Below are positions 19,287-28,532 of a DNA stretch of 64,000 nt, in pieces (positions within the stretch are counted from its first letter, which is position 1; the number at the start of each line of letters is the position of its first letter). Below the pieces are notes generated by a model, which was not told the DNA's origin, did not search any database, and was given only the letters and a program-made list of their open reading frames with translations. This DNA comes from a virus (Duplodnaviria; Caudoviricetes), in the IMG/VR virus record IMGVR_UViG_3300033074_001883, positions 16,046 to 80,045 of that record; one strand, given 5' to 3'. The position numbers and the translations under genes were made by a program.

Positions 19287-22200
19287 TCACACCAACTCGA
19301 AGTCGTGAAGCGTCTTGATGAACCGCTTCACCATAGCATCAGTCGGCCGCTTATCGAGCGCTTCCTCGAAGAGGTCAGACCAGTCAGACATCGAGGCAGG
19401 CTTCTTCCGCGCCGAGCGCACGACTTCGACGATGGCCTTGAGCGGAAGCACGACTCCGCCGCCCATGTCGACCTCGTGCTTCTTGTACTCCTTCGTCTCC
19501 GTGTGCGGGCCCTTCAGCTTGTAGGCCCAGCCGCCCATGTAGTTAACCGACGGGGCCTTCACCTCCGGGTGCTCAGGCTCCGGGGCGGCCTTCGCCTTGC
19601 CGCCCTTCGCGGGAGCGGCCTTGGTCGGCTCCGGCTTCTTCTGTTGCGGGAGCGGCGTCTCCGAAGCCTTCGGCGTGTGCGTCGAGCCGCCCGTGCTGAT
19701 GATGCCGAGCTTGTCGAGTTCCTTGAGGCCTTCCTTGACGACCTTCTCGACGTCGTCGCGGTTGTCCCACCACTTCTGGGCTGACGCGAGGTGCGCGGTG
19801 TGGTCTTCGACTTCGCCCTTCGCGTTACGCTTGACCTCCGCGTCGACGCCCGCCTTGAGATGGTCGTCGATGAAGTCCGTGAGCGTGAGGCCGCCCTTCG
19901 TCTTCTTGACGGCAGCGAGCACAGCCTGCGCCGTGGGGCTGAGCTTCGACGTCGGGACCTTCGTCGAGTTCGGCGAGAGCACGTACGTCGGCTCTGGCTG
20001 CGTCGGCTCCATGTCCGGTGACGGCACCATCGTACGGCCGAGGTTGCGGTTCTGGCGAACCCAGTCGCGCTCTTCCTTGTCTACGCGGCTGAGCGCGGTG
20101 CGGTACTCCTCTGGAGTGACCTCGCCGTTCTTCTTCTTCACGCCCAAGAGCATGCGCTTCGTCTTGAGGGACTCCTGCCGGAAGTCGAGGTACTCCTTGT
20201 ACTCGACCGTCTTCGAGAACTCCTTGAGGTTGAACTTCGGCTGACCGGCGACGAAGCGGAGGTCTTTTGGCGTAACGAGACCCTGAAGACCCTTCGACCG
20301 GATGCGCTCTTGGAGAACGGAGTCCGGCGTCTTCTCGATCTGAGCCGCCGCGATGCCCTCGTCGCCGCCGAGGACCGCTGCCATCTGCTGCTGCATGCGG
20401 GCACTCATCAACGTCTCGTCGTAGGCCGACGACATCGCGACGTCCGTGCCGACCTTCTTCCCGAGGCCAGCGATCTTCTTCTGGTCGAAGGTCCCCTTGA
20501 GGTACATGTTAATCACCTCGACGTCGTTCTTCTGACCGGTGCGCCACACTCGCCCGAGGGCCTGCTGCTTGTGGCCGATCATGAACGGCTGGTCGAGGAA
20601 GACCATCTTGTTCGACTTCTTCTGGAGGTTCAGACCGGCACCACCGGCCTGCGTCCCGACGAAGAGCACCTTGATCTTCCCGGCGTTGACTGCGTCCTGC
20701 ATCGCCGCGCGGTCGTTGACGTCGACGCCACCGTGGATCTCGCCAATGAGCGACGGGTCGATGTTGTGCTTAAGCAACTCCTCCTTCGCGTACTTGAAGG
20801 ACCCCGGCCACTGGCTGAAGACGACCATCGGCTTGTCGTGGTTGCCGGGCACGTTGAAGTGCGCCTTCACCAACTCCGCGAGGTGTTCCAGCTTCGGCTG
20901 CGCGCCGTCGTAGCCGTGCTTCTTCCACTCGGCCGGGTCGTCGCCGAGCACGAGGCGCGGTGAGACGGAGAGCATCTGCTGCTGATGCATGACCTTGAAG
21001 TGGCCGCCCTTCTCGATCTCCGAGGCCGGGACGAACGGTTGACGCTCCTTCTCGGGGAGCTTGGCTTGGCGAGCGTCGTAGTCGTGCGGCTTGATGTCAC
21101 CAGCCAACTCGAAGAGGCGAGCGAACGAAGGCGGGGCCACGAGGCCGTGCGTCGCGCCGCCCTCTTCGCCCTCGTCGCCGATGAGCCTCGGCAGAACCTG
21201 AACAGCCTTCTTGTTAGCCTCGACGACGTCCGGGTCGAGCTTGTTCTTGCGGAACACGTACGGCTGAACGTCCTTCGCGACACGACCCCAGTCAGCGACG
21301 GAGGTGACCTCTTCGGCACCCTCCTCGTTGATGCCGACCTCGTCGACCATCATCTTGTTCTCGAACTTCTTCACGTCCGGGCCAGCGGAGCCCGGGTTGA
21401 TGAGGTCCATCAACTCGAAGAGTTCCTCTGGCTTGCCGTTCGGCATCGGCGTCGCGGTGAGGAGGAATGAGTGCTCACGGTCCTTGAGGAACTCACGCGC
21501 AGCGGCGTTGTGCGTATTCGCCGCCGTCTTCAGGCCCTGTTGCTCGTGGTGGGCCTCGTCGAAGAAGACGCACCCCTTGAGCTGCCGGAGCGCCGTGCAG
21601 AGCTTGTCGCCGGAGGCGTGGTCGCGGAGCGCCGTGACGAACTCGTCGTCCGTGACGCCCTTCTTCTTGACGACCTCGCCCTTGTCGTTCTCCTCGAAGA
21701 TCTCCGAGCCCTTGAACGACGCACGCGTGTCCTCGTGGAAATTGACCACTGACGAGGAGAGGATGACGAAGTCGGCTTCGAGGTCGCCGTTCTGGATGGC
21801 TTCGAGGACCTTCACGCGGTCCTCTGCGCTCTTGACGTCGTCGCCGATGGTAACGACCTTGGCGTCGGGGAAGAACTTGCGGATCTCCCCGGGCCACTGC
21901 TTCGTGAGGCCGAGCGGCATCACCATGATGCCGCGTGCGTCGCCCTTTCCGATCTTCCCTTGCTTAGCCAACTCCTGAAGGTGGGCGATCATCGAGATGG
22001 ACATGGGCGTCTTCCCCATGCCCGTGTCGTACGCGAGGATGCCGCGTTTGATTTTCGTCATCCAGCTCAGGGCCTGACGCTGGTACGGGAACAGGTCGTG
22101 ACCTTGGCCCTGCGCCTTGAAGCCGTCCGCGATACCCTTTGGGGTAGCGAAGCTCGTGTCTTCTTGCGCGGCCAGCGAGGACTCGATGAGCGCCTTCTGG

Positions 22201-23591
22201 GCGGCGACCTTTTCGGCCAGCCGCTTGATCGCGTTGTCGTCCTTGAAGAGTGAGTCGGGCGCGATGGACTGCGTGAGGATGAGACCGAGTTCGGCACCAC
22301 CGGAGTCGTCGTTGAAGGAGCGAACGTAGTTGTAGATCTCGCTCGCCAACTCGCGCGTGCGGGCGAACCCCTTCTTCGCCGCCTCGTCGTCGAACTCGTC
22401 TGCGCCGAACACCGAGTGCAGGAGCTGCACGTTGAGTGACTTGTTCGCGCGTTCGACGTCGGACTTGCCTTCGTCGTTGAGCGCGAGGTCTTTGAACTTG
22501 TCACCATCTTTGAAGTAGCCGTCCGTCTCGTTTCCGACGTCGCCGCCCGGCTGGAAAGCGATGCCGCCTTCGCGCATGTCGCGGAACATCTGGGCGACGT
22601 AGATGGCGAGCGCCTGAGTGCCGTTCGTGTCGTCGAGACGCGAGTAGAGCGCTTGGAGGCGCTCCTTGTTCGGAACGATGTTACCCACCGCCCGCTTCGC
22701 GTCCTTGCGCTGGACGAACGTCTCGCCCGCCTCGCGCGCGTTGTGCGGGATGTGGAGGAGTTCCATGTCCGACATGAGCGCAAGGAGACGAATCGCTTCG
22801 TCCTTCACGTTGCCGGTGAGGATCTGGTCCGTCTTCCCGTCGCTGTACTTCTCGCTGCGGCGAATCTGCGCGTGCGCGTGCTGCTCCTGAAGCTGGCGCT
22901 TCTGCACCGCCTGCCGCGCCTTCTGCCGGAACTTCGGGTCTTCGAGGAGGCCGTGGTAGGCCTCGAACATCTGAGCGAGGGCTTCTTCGCCCTCCTTCTC
23001 GTCGATGCCCGCTTCCTCGCAGAGGTCCTTCCAGTAGTCCTTGATGTCGAGGCCTGCCGTGCTCGCGTCACGGAAGAGGGCCATCACCATGTCGGTGTCG
23101 TAGCCCTTCGACGTCATCGCTGCCTGCACCTCGGAGCGGATGGACGAGTGGTAGTTGTAGACGACATTGATGTTCTCGTGGAGCTTCTTGGTCTCCTCCT
23201 CGTCGAGGGGTTCCCACTCGCGCTCGTTGTCGTCGTCAGTCGGCTTCGTGCCGTAGCGAACGTGACCGTTCTTGTCGCGCCACCACTTGCCACCACGGAT
23301 GCCGGGGTTCTTGATGCCTGCTTCGCGGCGCTTCTTGTCGGCCTCGATGTCCTTGGCCGTCTTCGGCTTCTTCGCGCCCGGGGCCTTCGCCGCCTTGGCG
23401 AAGTCTTCGCTGAGCCCACCGGGGATGACGTAGAGCCCCTCGGACTTGGTGATGCCGTGTGCCCGACCGAGGACCGAGGCGATGGCCTCGTTCATTCGAC
23501 CGAGCATCCCGATGTACTCGCGGCTGAGGTTAGTCGCGAGTTCATCGAGAACCGGGTGTGCCAGCATCACTTCGTCACGAGGAGTCTCCAC
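19287..23591 (-). CDS. Large SNF2-family helicase/ATPase with long N-terminal region
   Basis: 1434 aa; LFPYQ, YDTGMGKT, FFDEAH, LTATP, VFSQW, GGAGLNLQ, QALGRVWRTGQ motifs. Confidence 0.9.
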   Translation of the reverse strand: METPRDEVMLAHPVLDELATNLSREYIGMLGRMNEAIASVLGRAHGITKSEGLYVIPGGLSEDFAKAAKAPGAKKPKTAKDIEADKKRREAGIKNPGIRGGKWWRDKNGHVRYGTKPTDDDNEREWEPLDEEETKKLHENINVVYNYHSSIRSEVQAAMTSKGYDTDMVMALFRDASTAGLDIKDYWKDLCEEAGIDEKEGEEALAQMFEAYHGLLEDPKFRQKARQAVQKRQLQEQHAHAQIRRSEKYSDGKTDQILTGNVKDEAIRLLALMSDMELLHIPHNAREAGETFVQRKDAKRAVGNIVPNKERLQALYSRLDDTNGTQALAIYVAQMFRDMREGGIAFQPGGDVGNETDGYFKDGDKFKDLALNDEGKSDVERANKSLNVQLLHSVFGADEFDDEAAKKGFARTRELASEIYNYVRSFNDDSGGAELGLILTQSIAPDSLFKDDNAIKRLAEKVAAQKALIESSLAAQEDTSFATPKGIADGFKAQGQGHDLFPYQRQALSWMTKIKRGILAYDTGMGKTPMSISMIAHLQELAKQGKIGKGDARGIMVMPLGLTKQWPGEIRKFFPDAKVVTIGDDVKSAEDRVKVLEAIQNGDLEADFVILSSSVVNFHEDTRASFKGSEIFEENDKGEVVKKKGVTDDEFVTALRDHASGDKLCTALRQLKGCVFFDEAHHEQQGLKTAANTHNAAAREFLKDREHSFLLTATPMPNGKPEELFELMDLINPGSAGPDVKKFENKMMVDEVGINEEGAEEVTSVADWGRVAKDVQPYVFRKNKLDPDVVEANKKAVQVLPRLIGDEGEEGGATHGLVAPPSFARLFELAGDIKPHDYDARQAKLPEKERQPFVPASEIEKGGHFKVMHQQQMLSVSPRLVLGDDPAEWKKHGYDGAQPKLEHLAELVKAHFNVPGNHDKPMVVFSQWPGSFKYAKEELLKHNIDPSLIGEIHGGVDVNDRAAMQDAVNAGKIKVLFVGTQAGGAGLNLQKKSNKMVFLDQPFMIGHKQQALGRVWRTGQKNDVEVINMYLKGTFDQKKIAGLGKKVGTDVAMSSAYDETLMSARMQQQMAAVLGGDEGIAAAQIEKTPDSVLQERIRSKGLQGLVTPKDLRFVAGQPKFNLKEFSKTVEYKEYLDFRQESLKTKRMLLGVKKKNGEVTPEEYRTALSRVDKEERDWVRQNRNLGRTMVPSPDMEPTQPEPTYVLSPNSTKVPTSKLSPTAQAVLAAVKKTKGGLTLTDFIDDHLKAGVDAEVKRNAKGEVEDHTAHLASAQKWWDNRDDVEKVVKEGLKELDKLGIISTGGSTHTPKASETPLPQQKKPEPTKAAPAKGGKAKAAPEPEHPEVKAPSVNYMGGWAYKLKGPHTETKEYKKHEVDMGGGVVLPLKAIVEVVRSARKKPASMSDWSDLFEEALDKRPTDAMVKRFIKTLHDFELV

Positions 23592-23625
23592 AGTTCACCG
23601 CCCGGCACGCTACGAGGTTGAGGGT

Positions 23626-23712
23626 TCAACGAGTCAGAAGGTAGAGCCCGGCCGAGGAGACGAGGGCGAGCGCGAGAAGCGCTGCCCTCAGAAGGCGGAT
23701 GCGACGCCGCAT
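23626..23712 (-). CDS. 28-aa basic/hydrophobic membrane peptide
   Basis: GAGGAGGAG RBS 9 nt before the ATG; MRRRIRLLRAALLALALVSSAGLYLLTR. Confidence 0.45.
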   Translation of the reverse strand: MRRRIRLLRAALLALALVSSAGLYLLTR

Positions 23713-23738
23713 AGCGCGCATCTCCTCCTCGTACGACT

Positions 23739-24308
23739 TCACTCTTCGTCCGAGCCCGGCGTCGCGCGCTCCATCTCCGGGTTGCGGAGCGAAGGCGTGA
23801 TGAGCGAGTTCTCTTCGAGCTGCTTCGAGAGAACCATGTCGGGGAGCGCGGTGTACTCGACGACCGACACGGAGTCGAACGAGGGGAACGACTTCACGAC
23901 GCCCGAGCGAGGAGCATGCGGCTTCTTCGCGTGGTCGCGCTCCGCGCCGCCACCGGCCGACGAGACGCCCTTCTTCTTGACGAACGAACCGGGCTGCGAG
24001 CCACGGACCGGGTTCATCTCGTTGCCGATCTTCGCGGCAACGCCCTTGCCCTTCTTCTTCATGCCCTTCTCGACATCGGTCTCGAAGAACTCGGCGAACG
24101 ACTTGATCATGACTTCTCCTTCGGGTTGGTCCTGCGTGGTTGACTTGCCCATCTTCGTCATCTTGTTGAGCGACGCCGTGTTCTTCTTCTTCTGCGCAGC
24201 GGAGAGGCCGGGCGCGTGAACGACCTTGCCCATCTTCGGCTTGTTCTTCTTCTTCCACGCCATCGTCGCCATGCCCTTGCCCTTCGCGAGATACTCTCTT
24301 CCAGTCAT
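23739..24308 (-). CDS. Lys-rich putative internal head protein
   Basis: 189 aa, very basic, with MIKSF and VVKSF sites. Confidence 0.6.
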   Translation of the reverse strand: MTGREYLAKGKGMATMAWKKKNKPKMGKVVHAPGLSAAQKKKNTASLNKMTKMGKSTTQDQPEGEVMIKSFAEFFETDVEKGMKKKGKGVAAKIGNEMNPVRGSQPGSFVKKKGVSSAGGGAERDHAKKPHAPRSGVVKSFPSFDSVSVVEYTALPDMVLSKQLEENSLITPSLRNPEMERATPGSDEE

Positions 24309-25888
24309 GAGATTGCTCCTTGCTTCTTGAGTAGCGAGTGGAATTCCTTGGCCGACTTGGCCGCGTCGGACTGTGAGAGGTCGTAGCCCTTGGTCAGGAA
24401 GGTAGCAAGTTTCGCCAGCGTGTTCACCCCCGAGACGTGGAGTGAGTCGGCGAACTCGCGCTCCTCGGTGCCCTTCTTGAGGGCGCGCGGGTTGAGCGTG
24501 AAGCTCTTCTTCGAGAGCGCGGCCTTGTCGCGCTTGATGCCGGTCTTCAGCTTCGTGACCTGCTCCTCGGCCTCGGTGATGTCCTCGCGGAGGTGGTCGC
24601 GGGAGACGGGCACGGTCTTCGTCTTCGCGAGCGTGACGCCGCGCTTGGCGAGGTCGGCCTTCTTCGGGTTGAGCGACTTGGTGGCCTGACGCTTGAGCAC
24701 GGCGAAGACGGAGGCGAGGTACTCGTCGCTAACCTTGTGCTTCGTGATGAAGCTGGAACCGTGTTGCTTGAAGAACGTGATGAAGCCGCGCTCGTCGCGG
24801 GAGTCGGCGATCTTGTGGAGCCGGTCGACGGTGACGCCGAGGACGGCTGCGAGCCGGTGGGGCGACGGCTCCACCATCGTGTCCGGGGCCATGTCCGGGA
24901 CCGCGCCCTTCGGTGACGACGCGGCGGCGGGCTTCTTGCCCGACGGCTTCCGGTAGTCGTAGGTCTTCTTGCCGTTCTTGCTCGCGCCCACCTTCGCCGT
25001 CGGTGCTGCGGTCGCTTTCTTCTGTGGTCGCTCGCGCTTCTCCGACGGCTTCGTGAGGATGGCTTTGTTGAGGTGCTCGTCGATGCGCTCAACGAGTTGG
25101 CTGGCGACATCGTCCGAGTAGGCGTCGAGGCCGTGGTGCTTGAAAGCACGCACCGCTTCGAGACGCTGACTGCGCGCGGAGTCGAGCCTTCCGGCCATGG
25201 CCGCGCCGAGCGCCTCGTCGAGCAGACCACGAGCCGCTTGCACAGAGAGCTTCGTCACCGGACCGGCCGCGCCCTTGGCTCCGACGTGAACCAGCTTCCC
25301 CGACTTCGTCTTGCGCGTGTACGCCTTGTGGTTCTTCGACTTCTTCGTCTCCTCCGACGACTCGTCCTCGACGCCGTGCATCGCGTTGAAGATGCGCTTG
25401 TCGCGGTTCGCGGGCATCGACTCCTTGCCACGTCCTGCCGAGGCGGCCGGTGAGCCTGCGCGGTCGGTGCCTACCATCGAGCCGATGGCCTTGTGCACGA
25501 GGTTCATGAAGGCGCGATTCTCGATGGCCTTCTTGTAGACCTCGTACGGACCGAAGCGCTTCGCTGCGAAGTAGCCCTTGGCGACCTCGAAGAGCTTCAC
25601 GCTCGGCATCGACTTGATGGTCTCCTCTTCGTCGACCGGGCGCTCTTCGTAGTAGCGAACGACCTGATGCTTCGTCGCGCGCTCTTGGAACGCAGTGATG
25701 CGGGCCGCGTTCTCGGGGCTGTCGGTGTCGCGCGTCACTTCGTCCTTCGGGCCGTACTTGCCCGTCCAGAAGCCCTGCCCCTGCGCCCCTGACTCCGGGT
25801 TGAGGTAGAGCTTCGCGGCGGAGATCTGCGTGTGACGGTTGCCACCGCCGCTCACTACGCCATTCGGCTGTTCACGTTCGACGCCCAT
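24305..25888 (-). CDS. Putative internal head protein
   Basis: 527 aa; AYTRKTKSGKLVHV and KNGKKTYDY hairpin motifs; several K-S/K-A sites. Confidence 0.6.
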   Translation of the reverse strand: MGVEREQPNGVVSGGGNRHTQISAAKLYLNPESGAQGQGFWTGKYGPKDEVTRDTDSPENAARITAFQERATKHQVVRYYEERPVDEEETIKSMPSVKLFEVAKGYFAAKRFGPYEVYKKAIENRAFMNLVHKAIGSMVGTDRAGSPAASAGRGKESMPANRDKRIFNAMHGVEDESSEETKKSKNHKAYTRKTKSGKLVHVGAKGAAGPVTKLSVQAARGLLDEALGAAMAGRLDSARSQRLEAVRAFKHHGLDAYSDDVASQLVERIDEHLNKAILTKPSEKRERPQKKATAAPTAKVGASKNGKKTYDYRKPSGKKPAAASSPKGAVPDMAPDTMVEPSPHRLAAVLGVTVDRLHKIADSRDERGFITFFKQHGSSFITKHKVSDEYLASVFAVLKRQATKSLNPKKADLAKRGVTLAKTKTVPVSRDHLREDITEAEEQVTKLKTGIKRDKAALSKKSFTLNPRALKKGTEEREFADSLHVSGVNTLAKLATFLTKGYDLSQSDAAKSAKEFHSLLKKQGAIS

Positions 25889-28532
25889 TGGGTCCCCTCA
25901 ACACACGACGGAGTTTGACGAGCAACTGAGCGAGCACGGGGTCGACCCGAGTCGCGGACTTGATGATGAGACCGATGGGGCGCTTGATGGCCTTGTTGTC
26001 CATCGCTCGCTGCTGAACGATGAGGCGCGCCATCTGCTCGATGACCTCTGGTGACGCGCCCTCGATGGAGACGACCTTGCCGCCCTTCTTCTGCACCGTG
26101 AACGCGGTGCTGATGGGCGTGCGCACCTTCGCGCCCGTCGGCATGTCGGCCACCTTGGCGTCGTGCGTAGCGTAGGCGGCGGCCTGCGCGCGGTGGTGGT
26201 CGTCCTTGAACTTGAGGAACTCGGGACGCGTCGACAACGCGGCGAGCCGCCACGAGCCGAGCTTCGAGAGCTTCCGCCACACCTTCATGAGGTGGATGCC
26301 ACGAAGCTGCTTGAGCCGGAGTTGCGGCGTCATCCCCAATCCGGCCGGAGCGACGTGACCCATGCCGAGGTCGAGCTGCGAGGCGGGGTCGAAGTGCGGA
26401 GCGCGGTTGGTCGACACGGGTTGACCCGCGACGTTGCGAGCCTGCGCCGCCCAGAAGTCGTGAGCCTCTCGCACCTTCGGGTGCGCGATGAGCGGGTGCT
26501 GCTTCGCCGAGTGCCCCGTGACGGGAGGCTTGAGGTTGACTTGCCGGGAAATCTTCGCGTGGAGCGGGAGCGCCGTCGACTCGCCCGGCTTCGACTGCTT
26601 GTGCTTAGCCGCCTGCGTGGGCTCGTGAATCCGCTCCCACGCTTGCGTCCCCGGGATGGAGGCGCGACGGAAAGCCGACACGCGGATGAGCGCGCGGATG
26701 CCCTCCTTGAGGCCTTCCTTCTCACTCGGGCGCAGACCGGCTGCGAAGCCGTCGCCCGCGACGCGAGTGAGGGACGAGAGGTTGCGCGTGAGCATGCCCT
26801 TGATGTGAGCGACGGACGGGCCCTCGTGCTTCGTCTTCTTGAGGTAGCCCGCGACGTCCTTCGCGACGGAGGTCCAGTCTTTCAGCCCGCCGCCACCCGA
26901 CGGCGTGTCGTCCGGGTTGTGGAGGTTGAGGCGCGACATGAGGCCGATGGCCGCGATGGGCGAGAGGCGCGTCTCGACAATGCGCTGCACGTCCTTGATG
27001 GCGACGATGTCCTCGGCCGACGTGTACGGCGTGCCGAGTGCGTCGGTGTGCTCTCGAAGCTGCGACGAGGTGAACGCGCCCTCCTCGTTCCACGTGAGGG
27101 CTCCACCAATCTCGTGGAGAATCTCGGGCTCCACCGTGCCCGCGTGGATGGCGTCTGCGAGTGCGGAGCGCACGGTGTTCTGCGCCGTCTTCTTGAGTAG
27201 CGACAACGCGTAGAAGCGGAAGTTGGAACCACTGTCGCGACCCGTGCTCGCCATGTGCGCCGTGTACGTCTCGGCGATGTCGTTGAGCTTGATGCGGAGG
27301 TCGGACTCGATGTCCTTCGCCAGCTCCTTCGAGTCGAGGATGGTGCCCCACCCCATCTTGTTCGTACCGAACGCGCGGCCTCGCGCGATGTTCCGGATGT
27401 CGGAGTCGAACTCCTTGAAGAGGGCGGCCCGCTGACCCGGCGTGAACCAGTTGCGGCCGGACTCCGGGAGACGCTCGCCGCGCCAACCGGAGGAGAGTGC
27501 GTAGGCGAGGGGGTTCGACTGTGGGTCGAGGTCGTTGATGTCGGCCGACTCGGTGATGATGAGTCGCTCGCCGACGCCGAGCTTCGGTGCCTTCGTCGGC
27601 ACGACGAGTGCGAGCCCCTTGGTGCCCTTGAGCTTCCACTTCAGGTTAGTCAGTTGCTGCTCGATGTGCGGCGGGAACTCAAGCGCCGACTTCGGCTTCT
27701 CACCGAGAGCGCGAATCTTCTTCGACGCGGCCTCGTGCTCTTTCAGGTACAGAGCCCACTTCTCCGGGTTCTGCTTAATCCACTCGCGGCCTTCCTCGCG
27801 AAGCTGCTCCACCTGCTGCTGGAGCGTGAGCACGCGGAGGAGCTTGGTCGCGAGCGGGCGCTTGTTCACTTGCGGGAAGAGCGCGGCGAGGTCCTTCTTC
27901 ACCTTGTCGAGCTTGACCTGAAGGTCCGCCTTCGCTTCGAGGAGGCTCTGCGAGTCCTTGTGCTCGGCGAGCTTCGCCGTCGCGTTGCCGATCTTGCTGA
28001 TGAGCACGTCGCGCTGCGCGCCGAGCGCGACTACCTTCTTCGCGGCGTCGTAGCCGACCGGGTCGAGCTGCTTCAGCTTGTCGCCGAGGCGCACGTACGT
28101 GTAGCGGATGTTGTTCTCGTGGTCGGCCCGGCGCGCCTCGACCTCCGCCACAGAGACCGACGTAGCCCCTTCCAGAGGCACCGGGATGCCCGCAGGCGAG
28201 AACTTCAGGCCCGAGGAGGGCCCGGAGGTGGGCGGAGGGGCGATCGTCGTTCCTGCGGCCGCGTAGGGCCTCGGAGCGCCCTTCTTCTCGGTGGCCGTGT
28301 TCGCCGGGAAGCGGTGGGGTGAGGTGAGGTCCCGAGCCACGGCCACGTTGCCTCGACGGTGCTGGAGCGCGAGCCACGTGCCGATGCGGCCGGAGTCCTT
28401 GGCGTAGAAGTATTGCGGGTACGTCTTCCCGGCACGAGTCGTCACGTCGTAGATGGCGACGTACTTCGTCTTGCCGCTACCGGCCGTGCGACCCTTCTTC
28501 AGGTTAACGATGTTGAAGACGCCGAAAGTCAT
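25872..28532 (-). CDS. 886-aa protein with an embedded sigma70-like region 2 and region 4
   Basis: Start ATG overlaps the portal stop (TGATG). LFKEFDSDIRNIAR..DIESDLRIKLNDIAETY..GSNFRFYALSLL resembles region 2; ETRLSPIAAIGLMSRLNL..DWTSVAKDV..SVAHIKGMLTRNLSSL resembles region 4. Confidence 0.55.
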   Translation of the reverse strand: MTFGVFNIVNLKKGRTAGSGKTKYVAIYDVTTRAGKTYPQYFYAKDSGRIGTWLALQHRRGNVAVARDLTSPHRFPANTATEKKGAPRPYAAAGTTIAPPPTSGPSSGLKFSPAGIPVPLEGATSVSVAEVEARRADHENNIRYTYVRLGDKLKQLDPVGYDAAKKVVALGAQRDVLISKIGNATAKLAEHKDSQSLLEAKADLQVKLDKVKKDLAALFPQVNKRPLATKLLRVLTLQQQVEQLREEGREWIKQNPEKWALYLKEHEAASKKIRALGEKPKSALEFPPHIEQQLTNLKWKLKGTKGLALVVPTKAPKLGVGERLIITESADINDLDPQSNPLAYALSSGWRGERLPESGRNWFTPGQRAALFKEFDSDIRNIARGRAFGTNKMGWGTILDSKELAKDIESDLRIKLNDIAETYTAHMASTGRDSGSNFRFYALSLLKKTAQNTVRSALADAIHAGTVEPEILHEIGGALTWNEEGAFTSSQLREHTDALGTPYTSAEDIVAIKDVQRIVETRLSPIAAIGLMSRLNLHNPDDTPSGGGGLKDWTSVAKDVAGYLKKTKHEGPSVAHIKGMLTRNLSSLTRVAGDGFAAGLRPSEKEGLKEGIRALIRVSAFRRASIPGTQAWERIHEPTQAAKHKQSKPGESTALPLHAKISRQVNLKPPVTGHSAKQHPLIAHPKVREAHDFWAAQARNVAGQPVSTNRAPHFDPASQLDLGMGHVAPAGLGMTPQLRLKQLRGIHLMKVWRKLSKLGSWRLAALSTRPEFLKFKDDHHRAQAAAYATHDAKVADMPTGAKVRTPISTAFTVQKKGGKVVSIEGASPEVIEQMARLIVQQRAMDNKAIKRPIGLIIKSATRVDPVLAQLLVKLRRVLRGPNGRRT

